Positions 37,143-46,011 are shown, numbered from the stretch's first letter. The stretch: DNA of 52,819 bases from a virus (IMGVR_UViG_3300024520_000098:1-52819), one strand, 5' to 3'. Notes: generated from the sequence alone by a model not told the origin. Made by a program: numbers and translations.

Positions 37143-37291
37143 TGCCGGTCAAGCCCTGCAAGTCTAAGGGCAAGCGGGGCCACAAGTACGGCACCAAGGG
37201 CAAGTGCTACACAGGGAAGAGCAGCAAGGGCAAAGCATCAAGACAGGGGCGAGCTATCAAGGCGTCTCAGGGAAAGAGAAGCGCCAAGTAG
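37142..37291 (+). CDS. Lys-rich microprotein (49 aa)
   Basis: MPVKPCKSKGKRGHKYGTKGKCYTGK...QGRAIKAS; TAATG-coupled. Confidence 0.7.
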   Translation: MPVKPCKSKGKRGHKYGTKGKCYTGKSSKGKASRQGRAIKASQGKRSAK

Positions 37292-37299
37292 CCGCTTGA

Positions 37300-37859
37300 T
37301 TAGAAATTGTGCAGTGGGTACGCTCCCCACTGATCTCCAAGGGATGCGTCTCCCCACAATCAGCGCATCTCTTGCCTATGGCCCCCGTCCAGTACCTCAA
37401 CCTCCTGGGCGGGCGGCCTATTGGGCAGAGCACACCCCCATCCAGCGACCCCTTACTGCTGAGCAGCGGATGGACGCTTACATGCTGGACAGTTTCAGCT
37501 TAGCTACCCTGGTCGCATGCAGGCAGCGTCACCTTTTCGGTTCATCACTAAGCAGACGGGGGTATATCTGCTTGACCCACAGCGATGCTGCGTGATTCAC
37601 CGAGCCTAAAATTGAAGAATCTTCTTCTCCCTGTACAGCACCCTGCTCTTGTTTCGCCCTATGAGGCTGGGGCCACTCGGAGCAGGGGTATGGCGGGGAC
37701 CGTAGCAGGGAGGGGTTGCGCTTGGCAACGGTCTAGGTTATTTTTCCACCGTGTTGCGATGAGGCTCGCTGGCATCCTTCTTCCTTTGCCAGCTTGACGC
37801 AACACGTTTGTACAGCAACAACTCCCCCTCACACCTGACCGTGGGGGGGAGTTGCTGTA
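37300..37859 (+). ncRNA. Candidate large highly structured non-coding RNA (~560 nt), family not recognised
   Basis: No credible ORF; about a dozen nested helices, G-U wobbles consistently on the + strand, complementary loops suggesting pseudoknots. Confidence 0.7.
37811..37859. terminator. Long hairpin at the convergence of the + and - arms (possible bidirectional terminator / ncRNA 3' end)
   Basis: CAACTCCCCCTCAC/GTGGGGGGGAGTTG; TACAGCAAC/GTTGCTGTA. Confidence 0.55.
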
Positions 37860-38300
37860 TCAGGGCCTCGATATAAGAAGAGCAACTACTGCAATCATCG
37901 CAGCGCCAGTTCCAACGCTCACACCCAGGAAGAACATCTTTGGCTGTGCGTTAAGAGCGGCCTTCGTCTGGTACTCCTGCGCTGCAAGAATCTCCTGGGC
38001 TAGCTCTCTATCGCTTTCCCTGCCCTTGTAGGAGACATCGAGAGCAAGCTTTGTCTGGGTGAGGAGGTCTGACTCATCGAGCAGAGCCTCAAAGTCATTG
38101 GGAGGCACCAGCATTCCTACGCAGTCAGGGTCGATACCGGGTCCGATGGGCTGCGTATTCACGCACCACTCATCGTTGTTCGCCGGAATCTCTATGTCTG
38201 GAATCTCTACGCGAGGAAAGGGTTCCTCGAACAATGCTTGAGATGCTGGAACATGAGCGCACCCGCCAAGCAGAATCAGTAAGGGAATCATCTTATTCAT
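37860..38300 (-). CDS. Lipoprotein with C-terminal TM helix (unimolecular-spanin-like topology)
   Basis: MNKMIPLLILLGG-C lipobox; C-term MFFLGVSVGTGAAMIAVVALLI. Confidence 0.65.
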   Translation of the reverse strand: MNKMIPLLILLGGCAHVPASQALFEEPFPRVEIPDIEIPANNDEWCVNTQPIGPGIDPDCVGMLVPPNDFEALLDESDLLTQTKLALDVSYKGRESDRELAQEILAAQEYQTKAALNAQPKMFFLGVSVGTGAAMIAVVALLISRP

Positions 38301-38500
38301 AGCCGTCTGGCCTTCCACATTTGGTTAAAGCTAAAGCTAGCAAGCGGTCTCTTGGATGTCCTTATCCAGTTCTCGTATCCGCACTCGCACTCTTGTAGCC
38401 AGAACGCAGGTAGCTTAAGAGATTTCCTAAACTCTTCGTCTGTCTTATCAGTAGGGTTGTGCATCTTCCAAGGACCATACTTATGGCGGTGCTTGCTCAT
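38297..38500 (-). CDS. Hypothetical protein (CECG)
   Basis: ATGA overlaps on both sides. Confidence 0.65.
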   Translation of the reverse strand: MSKHRHKYGPWKMHNPTDKTDEEFRKSLKLPAFWLQECECGYENWIRTSKRPLASFSFNQMWKARRL

Positions 38501-38952
38501 CCTCCGATTGAAGACAGGAAGCCCTTTGTCGCCCCTGTCAGGCCCGCGATAAGCGCACCCATTTTATCGACCGCCTCTACGCGAACAATCCTTGGGGCGC
38601 TGAGCAGCGCGATTGGCCTCCCGATGTGGAAGGACTTGCTTGCCCCACTGCGCATCTCCTGAAACTCTACCTCCTGCGCTGCAAGGCACCACTTTGAACT
38701 AATCTTTGTATACCCAACAGCCCACGCCTCCCTGGAGCGGCGAACCCCTGGAGTTGTCGCATCAACCCAAGGCCCCACGCTTAGGTGATGCTCGGGTTGG
38801 TCAAGCCAGTATGTATCGCCCACTCCCATCGACCCAAGGCGCTCCTCTATGGAAAGGATTCTCTCATTCAGCCTGTCTGTCGCCTCGTTCAGGGCGCTTG
38901 CTACTACAGACAATTCCCTAAGCCCTTTCTCTAAGTCGTCGCTTGCAGGCAT
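38497..38952 (-). CDS. Hypothetical protein
   Basis: RBS and tight packing. Confidence 0.7.
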   Translation of the reverse strand: MPASDDLEKGLRELSVVASALNEATDRLNERILSIEERLGSMGVGDTYWLDQPEHHLSVGPWVDATTPGVRRSREAWAVGYTKISSKWCLAAQEVEFQEMRSGASKSFHIGRPIALLSAPRIVRVEAVDKMGALIAGLTGATKGFLSSIGG

Positions 38953-38956
38953 GCCC

Positions 38957-39454
38957 CTACCCTCCACTGATGGTGAAGTGCGGGGATGGAACCAACTGCC
39001 TGCTCAGCAAGGGCTCGTTGGATAGCGTTACCTCTTGGCTCTCGCTCTCCACCGTGACGACGCGAACGTTGTACTTGCTCATCCAGAGGAGCAGCTTAAC
39101 GACATGCTCGCTGATCTCTTTAGTCGCTTGGTGGGGCCTGCTAATCCCATCCCTATGGTACGGACCAGTGCCTTCAGTAATTGGCACAGGAGTCCTCACC
39201 ACTTTGCGCGTAGGCTTCCTGTCTGTGTAGTTCGCTGGGCGAGGATTGTTCTTTCCTCCTCGCGGGAGTTTGCCGAGCCCATGCTTGGTTCGGTAGTCCC
39301 TTACCGCCTTGTAGTATTGAGTGCGCCCGGTGCTCACCCCCTGACGCTTACACTCTTTATCAAAGTCAATAACTGTCATCTCTGGATTCTTGTTGATAAG
39401 AGCCCCCGCCCACTTGGCTAGGGACGTGTAGTCGATTGGATCTAGTCTTGTCAT
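38957..39454 (-). CDS. Hypothetical basic, possibly DNA-binding protein
   Basis: GGGGA RBS before ATG 39454; basic helical N-term. Confidence 0.65.
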   Translation of the reverse strand: MTRLDPIDYTSLAKWAGALINKNPEMTVIDFDKECKRQGVSTGRTQYYKAVRDYRTKHGLGKLPRGGKNNPRPANYTDRKPTRKVVRTPVPITEGTGPYHRDGISRPHQATKEISEHVVKLLLWMSKYNVRVVTVESESQEVTLSNEPLLSRQLVPSPHFTISGG

Positions 39455-39617
39455 TGTGTTCCCCACGTTGATATTAAATGCTGGTTTGAACGCCTTCTGC
39501 AAGGCGCTCCGTTCTCCACCACCAGCAGGCATAGCCGGTTATCCGTCGCCCAAGTTAATGTCTTCTATAGCCGCCACAGGCGACTGAACGCCGGTCATTG
39601 GAAAGGAGTTGTGGCGA

Positions 39618-40100
39618 CTAAAACGGTATCTCGTCCTCATCGTCATCCTGAACAACCTCTTCGCTGGTTTCCCCCAGCCTGTCGATGTAGACGTTGATGA
39701 ACTCTCGGTTGCCCTTGCGAGCAGTTTTCTGAGTGATGACCACTGGCTTGCCAAGCACGCCTGACCGCACGTTTCCTGTGTAGCCAGTGTCCTCGTTAAA
39801 GAGGTCCCCCCATTCAGGGATCTCACCCGTCACCGTGCGAACGTCCTTCTTTATGTACCCAACTGTTGCCGGTCCAACCATAGAGAACCGCTGTAGCTGC
39901 TCTCCCTTGGCTGCTCCGTTAGTGAGGTTGAACCACCACGAAACGTAGTAGTCGCCCTCCTTGCTTGAGAACACGCTGAAGTCGTCAACGACCGCCTGAT
40001 AAGTTCCATCAGGTATGCGGCTCATCTCTCGCTTCTGCCTTGTTTCTGAGTTACCCGGATCTTCAGCGGGTGTGCTGTTAAATAGTTTTTCAATACCCAT
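39618..40100 (-). CDS. Single-stranded DNA-binding protein (DUF669-like)
   Basis: IPDGTYQAVV OB-like start; acidic tail DDDEDEIPF; next to Sak4-like ATPase. Confidence 0.8.
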   Translation of the reverse strand: MGIEKLFNSTPAEDPGNSETRQKREMSRIPDGTYQAVVDDFSVFSSKEGDYYVSWWFNLTNGAAKGEQLQRFSMVGPATVGYIKKDVRTVTGEIPEWGDLFNEDTGYTGNVRSGVLGKPVVITQKTARKGNREFINVYIDRLGETSEEVVQDDDEDEIPF

Positions 40101-40110
40101 AGCTTCTTCC

Positions 40111-40836
40111 TTACTTAAAGCTGTTTCTGAACGACTTGCTCAGAGAATCAAATGACATATCAATCGTTTCTGGAAGCTCCCTGACGCCAAGCTGTCCCCT
40201 TGCCTTGGCCTCAATCCTCTCCCTCTCGTTCTCTATTGGCTGAGTGCGAAGGATTCTGTTGTTCTCTGGGGTGATCTCGCACCTCAAGATGAAATCAACA
40301 GCCCCATGAAGCATCTCTCTCGCCTTACCGGGAAGCGCACTGCTCACGTAGTAGCGACCAGTTGCTACCTCCTTGCTCCCCACCTTCTCTCTAATCTCAT
40401 CCCTCTTCTCGTGGCTAATAAACACCACGCACATTGGAAGAGCACGAAGCTGAGCTATTAAGTTTGTGAACTCACGGCTCACCGCTCGCCAGCCTCTGCC
40501 CCAATCGCCGTCTGCAACATCGACCCATCCGTTCTGGTCGCAGACATACGAGGAACAAAGCACATGAGCTACGTCTACTGTGTCGAGTACGACAGTCTTG
40601 TACTTATGCTTCTCTGTCTGGATTGCCTGTAGAAGAACGTCGAAGTCCTTCCATGTAGCGATGTCTACTTTCGCAGCATCCATGCCAGCGGTTCCTGCTT
40701 CAGTGGCAAGGAACAACGGGCTTGGGAACTGGCTTGCTAGTGTTGTTTTTCCTACGCCCGGTGCTCCGTAAAGCAGCCAAACATAATCACTCATCTTATT
40801 ACTTGGGGCCGTAGGCCCATCCGGAAGAATCCCCAC
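40111..40836 (-). CDS. AAA_24 / Sak4-like recombination ATPase
   Basis: LLYGAPGVGKTT, TEAG, TVVLDT, FISHE. Confidence 0.88.
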   Translation of the reverse strand: MGILPDGPTAPSNKMSDYVWLLYGAPGVGKTTLASQFPSPLFLATEAGTAGMDAAKVDIATWKDFDVLLQAIQTEKHKYKTVVLDTVDVAHVLCSSYVCDQNGWVDVADGDWGRGWRAVSREFTNLIAQLRALPMCVVFISHEKRDEIREKVGSKEVATGRYYVSSALPGKAREMLHGAVDFILRCEITPENNRILRTQPIENERERIEAKARGQLGVRELPETIDMSFDSLSKSFRNSFK

Positions 40837-40838
40837 AA

Positions 40839-41714
40839 TTATCTCCTTAGTTCTGGGTGTGTGTCATCGAGTTTTCTGAAAGCTGTCTTTGGCACCGCAC
40901 CAATGCAGTGGTCAAAGTAGGGACATCTTCCCCGGCTTATGCAGCTATTTGTATTCATTAAAGGAACGCGACCAGCCTTGAGTCCAAGAACCCGTTTGTG
41001 CATTTCCCACGCCTGCTCTTCCCAACCTCTAAGCTGCTCGTCAGTTCTGGTGACAAGAGTCTCGTAGAAATAATGCTCTTGCCGGTCCAAGTAGTCAAGG
41101 TGAAGCCTCTCCAAATACTCGTCTAGTGTTTCGGTTTTCTTCTGCTTGATTGTTGGTTTCTTAATTACCCTGTAACGCACCTTTCTAACGGGTTTCCCAA
41201 AGTGCCTGCTAGCTGCAACTAGATAAGCTGACACTTGAAAGTCGATGTCTAATCTAAGTATGTAATCTTCATTCAAGATGCCTGCTGTTTTCCACTCACC
41301 AAGTATCACCTCGTCTCCGTCTGTCCAGGCACCATCCCAAACACCGGACAGAACATGCTTTCTGCTTGCCCTCCCGGTCTTTGGGTTTCGCAGCGGTAGC
41401 CTGAAGACAACCTCTTGCATGTCAGGCCAGTCAGACCACATGTTAAGAGCGCCTCCTACCATTGCGGATACGTGCCCCTCTCGTAGCTCGTGCTTCTCTT
41501 TCTCAAAGGGTAGCCAGACAGGGCCAGACATTTCTCTGAGAGCCTTTATCCCCTCGTCTACAGATGCAGACCTCAGCCCCTCGTGAACCGCTACCCCCAT
41601 GCTTAGCGCTGGGTGGGTGTTCAGTGGAACAAGCCCCTCCACGTATCGCATCGTGTACCGCTTCTCGCATCGGCTGAGTGTCATGCACTCTGATTGCGTC
41701 ATCTCTTCCATCAC
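40839..41714 (-). CDS. Cas4/RecB-like PD-(D/E)XK exonuclease
   Basis: N-term C.KR, G.AVH, GVWDG..GEWKT, QVSAY, C-term C..RCPYFDHC. Confidence 0.85.
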   Translation of the reverse strand: MMEEMTQSECMTLSRCEKRYTMRYVEGLVPLNTHPALSMGVAVHEGLRSASVDEGIKALREMSGPVWLPFEKEKHELREGHVSAMVGGALNMWSDWPDMQEVVFRLPLRNPKTGRASRKHVLSGVWDGAWTDGDEVILGEWKTAGILNEDYILRLDIDFQVSAYLVAASRHFGKPVRKVRYRVIKKPTIKQKKTETLDEYLERLHLDYLDRQEHYFYETLVTRTDEQLRGWEEQAWEMHKRVLGLKAGRVPLMNTNSCISRGRCPYFDHCIGAVPKTAFRKLDDTHPELRR

Positions 41715-42031
41715 TTCTCCTTGTTGACGAAGACAGGTATCCCGTACCTCGTTCGCTTCTGACTCACAGCCTGCCTGCTGACACCTAGCTTGGTAGCAAG
41801 GTCGCCGTCAGGCATCATTCCCATTAACTCCCAGCCCCCACTCTGAGGCGTGAGTCCATCAGGGCGACCACTCCTCCTAACCACAACACCCCACTCCCTC
41901 AACCTTCCAGAGAGGGTTGATATTGATATGCCAAAGTCCTTGGCTATAGATACGAGGCCCTCCCCACTCTCGTATCTCATAGCCATGCTTTGCTTTTCCT
42001 CTTCCTTAAACGTTCGCCTTCGGTTGCTCAT
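41711..42031 (-). CDS. HTH DNA-binding protein (two HTH motifs)
   Basis: SIAKDFGISISTLSGRL; DLATKLGVSRQAVSQKR. Confidence 0.8.
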   Translation of the reverse strand: MSNRRRTFKEEEKQSMAMRYESGEGLVSIAKDFGISISTLSGRLREWGVVVRRSGRPDGLTPQSGGWELMGMMPDGDLATKLGVSRQAVSQKRTRYGIPVFVNKEK

Positions 42032-42996
42032 GATGCAATTTCCAGCAAGGCCTTGGTTCCGACCCGCACGAAGTTGGCAGAGGGACCATCAACCAGACTG
42101 GCAAACCTACGCTCGTCTCCGTTGCTTCCACGAGTAGGGAACTGGTAGCTGGAGTATTCAGTAAGAGCGTTGTACGCACCCCATGCAGTTCCGCGAACTC
42201 CAGGGATCTCAGTGCCTCGACCGTCCATGTACAGGTTGGTAAGCACTCGCCTGTTGTTTTCAGCGCGGGTTACAGCGACCTTGCTAGATTCATCCTCTGT
42301 TGGGAAAGACCTCTCGCATAGCTCAATCCACTGCTTCATAGAGAAGGGTGTGTCGGCAAGCTCCCTGAAGAACTTTGCGTTTGCGTCAAAGGAATGTCGA
42401 GCCATCCCTAGCGCCTCCCTTGCGTCTTCAATTCGGTGCATCACATTCTTGGTGTGACGGATGCCGATTCCAGACTTGAGTCCTTCACGCAAGGCGATTC
42501 GTGCAGTGTTTGCACAGACAACTCTTACGTTAGTGAAGAAGCATCGGAACTTGGTCTTACCGTCGTGCCCCGTGTAGAGAAGCAGATAGTGGTCAACCTT
42601 ATCTCCTGGGATAATCTCGCTCTCGTGTGCCTTGGCGAGAAGCCAAACCTTTGTGCCGCCGAACAGCGATCCCGCCGTGTGATACCGAACCTCCCCGTCC
42701 TCAACCAATGCGTCTAGGAAATCAAACGACTCACGGTTCTGAACTGGGAAGTAGTTGGGTGATGCAATACCAAGCGGCTTGCCATCGCTAAGCCGAACGA
42801 TTGCTTCATGCGTGTCGATGTCAATGACACCGTGCTCGTCTGTGTGGCTGAAGAGAGGCTTTAATCCAACCTCCCAGTCCAGCCCCGCTCGAATGATTGC
42901 TTCGTCAGAGAGGATGTCTTCATCCCCGACGTAGGTTCCAAAGCCATGCCAGGGGGTTTCCCCGACGTACATCATAGTTTCTACGTGTGCGCTCAT
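42028..42996 (-). CDS. DUF932 family phage/plasmid protein
   Basis: MMYVGETPWHG, AGLDWEV, VQNRESFDF, TAGSLFGG, GHDG, RVVCANT, GTAWGAYNALTEY; AGGAG RBS. Confidence 0.88.
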   Translation of the reverse strand: MSAHVETMMYVGETPWHGFGTYVGDEDILSDEAIIRAGLDWEVGLKPLFSHTDEHGVIDIDTHEAIVRLSDGKPLGIASPNYFPVQNRESFDFLDALVEDGEVRYHTAGSLFGGTKVWLLAKAHESEIIPGDKVDHYLLLYTGHDGKTKFRCFFTNVRVVCANTARIALREGLKSGIGIRHTKNVMHRIEDAREALGMARHSFDANAKFFRELADTPFSMKQWIELCERSFPTEDESSKVAVTRAENNRRVLTNLYMDGRGTEIPGVRGTAWGAYNALTEYSSYQFPTRGSNGDERRFASLVDGPSANFVRVGTKALLEIAS

Positions 42997-43006
42997 ATCT
43001 ATTCTC

Positions 43007-43552
43007 CTAATAGTGGACTGGGTTAGTCGTAATTGAATCGCCAGGACTGAACTCAACCTCGTTCGTGGCGCTTGTCGAATGTGTGTTCGTTGACTCTGTA
43101 TTATTGCTTGCAGCCGGGACAGCCCCTGTCCTGGGTAGAATCTCTGCGTCTTGAAGAGCAACGACAAGAGCCTTGAGTGCTGCTGTTACACCCGACAGAG
43201 ACTCTTTGCCCTCGCCTCTTAGCGCCTCAACAATCGCATCCGCTTCGTCTGCGTTTCCACACGGAAGGCCAGACTCGACACTGAAAACGTCAAGCGCGGC
43301 GACAAGCATCTCGTCTCGTTCGATGTACTCATCAACATCGTCGGGACTAACGCCATGTTTGTCGGCAACGTCTATCCACTCGGAACCCTTCTCAAGAGCC
43401 TCAACCACCTCCGCGCCATCGCTCCAGCCCTCGTTCTCAATCGTCTCCCAAGACTCTGCTGCCTCTGCTATCTCGTCAACACGCTCCCTCAACAACTCAG
43501 CGCATGACTCAATCTCGGAACAGGCGCTTCTTATTTCGTGTGTATCAACCAT
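43007..43552 (-). CDS. Highly acidic helical protein
   Basis: D/E-rich; first gene after promoter at ~43600. Confidence 0.7.
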   Translation of the reverse strand: MVDTHEIRSACSEIESCAELLRERVDEIAEAAESWETIENEGWSDGAEVVEALEKGSEWIDVADKHGVSPDDVDEYIERDEMLVAALDVFSVESGLPCGNADEADAIVEALRGEGKESLSGVTAALKALVVALQDAEILPRTGAVPAASNNTESTNTHSTSATNEVEFSPGDSITTNPVHY

Positions 43553-43593
43553 CTGACACTCCTCTCAATCTGGGTTTCCCCGTTGGTTTCTAT

Positions 43594-43646
43594 CGCTGAC
43601 TTAATCAGCTTATCGAATCAATTTATCTCTGTCAACAAAAAAGTTT
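43594..43646 (-). promoter_or_regulatory. Early sigma70-type promoter (TTGACA-17-TAAGCT, then GATTAAGTCAGCG)
   Basis: -35 at 43630-43635, -10 at 43607-43612; member of the repeat family. Confidence 0.85.
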
Positions 43647-43651
43647 GGCAA

Positions 43652-43912
43652 CTATTGCGGGGGTATGCGTCCGTCGCTTATGGCTCCCTCGCGTATCCAC
43701 GCTTGGAAGGAGTACACGCACCCACCGCAGAGCGCTCCTCCTACTGCCCTTGGGCCAGCCTTTTGGTCGCCCCTCACCTGACCTATGCAGGCCCATTTCT
43801 TATCCTCTATCGGTTCCTTGCCACATCGCACACAGCTTTGAGCATGCGAGCACCTGTCAAGGAAGCTCTCAAGGGTAGATGAGATTATTGTTCGCTCAGT
43901 TAAAGAAGCCAT
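43652..43912 (-). CDS. Small CxxC-containing protein (start uncertain)
   Basis: CVRCGK...LCGGC. Confidence 0.45.
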   Translation of the reverse strand: MASLTERTIISSTLESFLDRCSHAQSCVRCGKEPIEDKKWACIGQVRGDQKAGPRAVGGALCGGCVYSFQAWIREGAISDGRIPPQ

Positions 43913-44357
43913 ACCAAGACTCCCCTACTGGCTTTAGAGTTTTGTCTATGTCTCTGCTAACCGTTCCGTCTGGCATCACCTGGGCCTCAAGGAATCTGCT
44001 CTCCATGCTTTTGCATTCCATTATTGAGGTAAGGCATTCGGACGCTCCTTCAAACTCGCTCGCCTCCATGCCAGAGTTAAGCGCACAAAGCAGGTTCATC
44101 CCATCAACCCCATCGGGAACATCAATCCCGAACGACTCTGCCACGGTTATAACGGCATCCGCCCTAGACGTTTCTATAGCTGAGTGAATAGCTCCCTCCC
44201 ACTCGCCCATATCGTCTCCGCTATCTGGAACTAGAATCATTGGCTCCGCACCGTTTCTTGGGATGACGAAAGCAATTGCAGATAAGACCCCATCGGTCTC
44301 CTTCATTCTTATTGCCTGGGAAAAGATTGCGTCCTGCATTTCTTCAAGGTTGTTCAT
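43896..44357 (-). CDS. Hypothetical acidic protein
   Basis: AGGAGG RBS; ATGA overlap. Confidence 0.7.
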   Translation of the reverse strand: MNNLEEMQDAIFSQAIRMKETDGVLSAIAFVIPRNGAEPMILVPDSGDDMGEWEGAIHSAIETSRADAVITVAESFGIDVPDGVDGMNLLCALNSGMEASEFEGASECLTSIMECKSMESRFLEAQVMPDGTVSRDIDKTLKPVGESWYGFFN

Positions 44358-44542
44358 GCCTCCTCCTTGCTGGCATGGGGGGCGACGGCTTTCTGAATCT
44401 CCCACACTGCCTGTCCAGTTGCCGTCCTACACTGGCTCTCGGCTAACCTCTTCAGGGCGTCGAACTCCTCCTGCGTAAGACTTATCGTGATCTTCCTGGT
44501 TGCGTCCTTCTTGCTTCGTCCTCTGTGTACCGTGTCGCTCAT
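44354..44542 (-). CDS. Arc/RHH-like DNA-binding protein
   Basis: RKITISLTQEEFDALKRLAESQCRT..Q. Confidence 0.7.
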   Translation of the reverse strand: MSDTVHRGRSKKDATRKITISLTQEEFDALKRLAESQCRTATGQAVWEIQKAVAPHASKEEA

Positions 44543-44919
44543 GCTTCCTCCTTCCACTTAGGACAGTCAGAGTTGACTCCAGACTCTATGCCTGGACACA
44601 CGCCGCCCAACTTGTCTCCAGGGCACCATGCTCCCTCCTCTGTTGCCTTTTCGTATGCGGCAACTAGCACCCTAGATGCTTCTTCGTGGAACACTTCGCC
44701 GGTTTCCCAGTTCAGGCAGTGGATGGCGTCGGCTACAGCAGCCAGCAATTCATCCCGTTGCCTCTTTGTCTCAGGCGCACGTTCAATGAGCAGCCTGTTG
44801 GGGTCGTCGATTGAGTCTCCTGGCGGCAGATGGACGCCAGAGCCAGACTCGTCGCGGATGAGCCAGTAGCAGGGTCTCTGCCACTCGACACCCCACGGTC
44901 CAGGTGTGTGCTTGCTCAT
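44539..44919 (-). CDS. Hypothetical phage protein (HTPGPW type)
   Basis: MSKHTPGPW...NRLLIERAPE. Confidence 0.75.
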   Translation of the reverse strand: MSKHTPGPWGVEWQRPCYWLIRDESGSGVHLPPGDSIDDPNRLLIERAPETKRQRDELLAAVADAIHCLNWETGEVFHEEASRVLVAAYEKATEEGAWCPGDKLGGVCPGIESGVNSDCPKWKEEA

Positions 44920-45344
44920 GCTTCCTCCTTCCTTGCGACAGCCTCAAGGTGACGCTCCTCTTCGTCCTTCATGTACCGCTCCATGCGCTTCATGAACTGA
45001 GTTCGTGTCACCGTACTCACGTTGGTACTCAGTCCGATGTGCCTTCGCACGTCGTCAATGCCAACAACCCTAGTGGCCCAAGTGATCTTGCCGTTCTCGT
45101 CCTCCTCTGGCTCTTGAAGCATTGGACCCATCACCCCCTGCCACATGAGCAGGCGAGTCGCAAACTCGACGTAGTTCTTCTGGGTAATCTCGCCCATGTC
45201 GATACCCATCGTTCCCCACACAAGCACATCAGTTACCCCCGAAACCTTGAACAACGGATTACCGTCTTCGCTAAGCTCGCCAGTCTCCGTCCAGCACAGT
45301 TCCTTGTACCCATCAATATCTTCAAAGTTAAAATTAAGCGACAT
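44916..45344 (-). CDS. Hypothetical protein
   Basis: GAGG RBS; ATGA overlap. Confidence 0.7.
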   Translation of the reverse strand: MSLNFNFEDIDGYKELCWTETGELSEDGNPLFKVSGVTDVLVWGTMGIDMGEITQKNYVEFATRLLMWQGVMGPMLQEPEEDENGKITWATRVVGIDDVRRHIGLSTNVSTVTRTQFMKRMERYMKDEEERHLEAVARKEEA

Positions 45345-45975
45345 CCTCAACCTCCTTTATGTGGGACCACTCGCGCCCCATCGCGTTTGTAAGGTCGCCC
45401 CCGTCAAGGACAACCATCATGAAAAGATAACCAAGCTCTGCATTCCAGCCAACAACAGTTCCAGCACCACGACTGGCGTCCAGAAACACTCGTTCCCCAA
45501 GTTCAGGGCGACTGTCGCAACTCCACACGAGGTAGTCAGTGGGGGACTTGTACGTTGCTGCGTCTTGATTCTTGTGCTCGTCCTTTAGCTCGCGAAGGAC
45601 AGGTACATCTGGCAACGGCTTGGTGGCTACAGTGACGTACACGTAACCGCCAGACGCCTTTGCCGTTACCTTGATGAACCAGTCCTCAAGAAAGACGACA
45701 GCCTCGCTTCCTGACGACTCCATCTTCCAGTTGTTCTTTGCCTCGCGGAAAGCCTCCTGTATCTCATCAAAGACCGACCGCATCATAAGCCTGTGAAAAG
45801 CCATGAGCGCAGCCTTGTCTTCCTCGCTTGCGTCCTGATCTATAGGCTTGCCTCGCAAGTACCAAGTTTGCCTGTCGCCAAGGAAGCCAATGCTCTTCCC
45901 GTCGTCAATCCCTCGCGCCCCCCATGCAATATCTCCAGCCTCTGCAAGTGCTGGGCTGTAACCAAATGTAAACAT
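45334..45975 (-). CDS. Hypothetical protein
   Basis: AAGGAGG RBS. Confidence 0.7.
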   Translation of the reverse strand: MFTFGYSPALAEAGDIAWGARGIDDGKSIGFLGDRQTWYLRGKPIDQDASEEDKAALMAFHRLMMRSVFDEIQEAFREAKNNWKMESSGSEAVVFLEDWFIKVTAKASGGYVYVTVATKPLPDVPVLRELKDEHKNQDAATYKSPTDYLVWSCDSRPELGERVFLDASRGAGTVVGWNAELGYLFMMVVLDGGDLTNAMGREWSHIKEVEDVA

Positions 45976-45988
45976 TCTCAACCTCCTT

Positions 45989-46011
45989 GCCCCCCTACAA
46001 AGCCGGGGGGC
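45989..46011. terminator. GC hairpin between the clamp-like gene and the next gene
   Basis: GCCCCCC-N9-GGGGGGC. Confidence 0.4.

Noticed and set aside
37296-37797. ORFs 37296..37595, 37309..37503 and 37585..37797 as real genes
   Set aside because: Weak starts without a clear RBS, mutually overlapping, unlike the coupled genes nearby; better explained by RNA structure.
37300-37859. tmRNA, RNase P RNA, tRNA cluster or self-splicing intron
   Set aside because: No tRNA-like ends/T-arm, no GAGGAAAGUCC, no recognisable group I/II core, and no interrupted host gene.
40839-41714. Cas4 as part of a CRISPR-Cas system
   Set aside because: No other cas genes or array; it sits in a standard exonuclease-Sak4-SSB recombination module.
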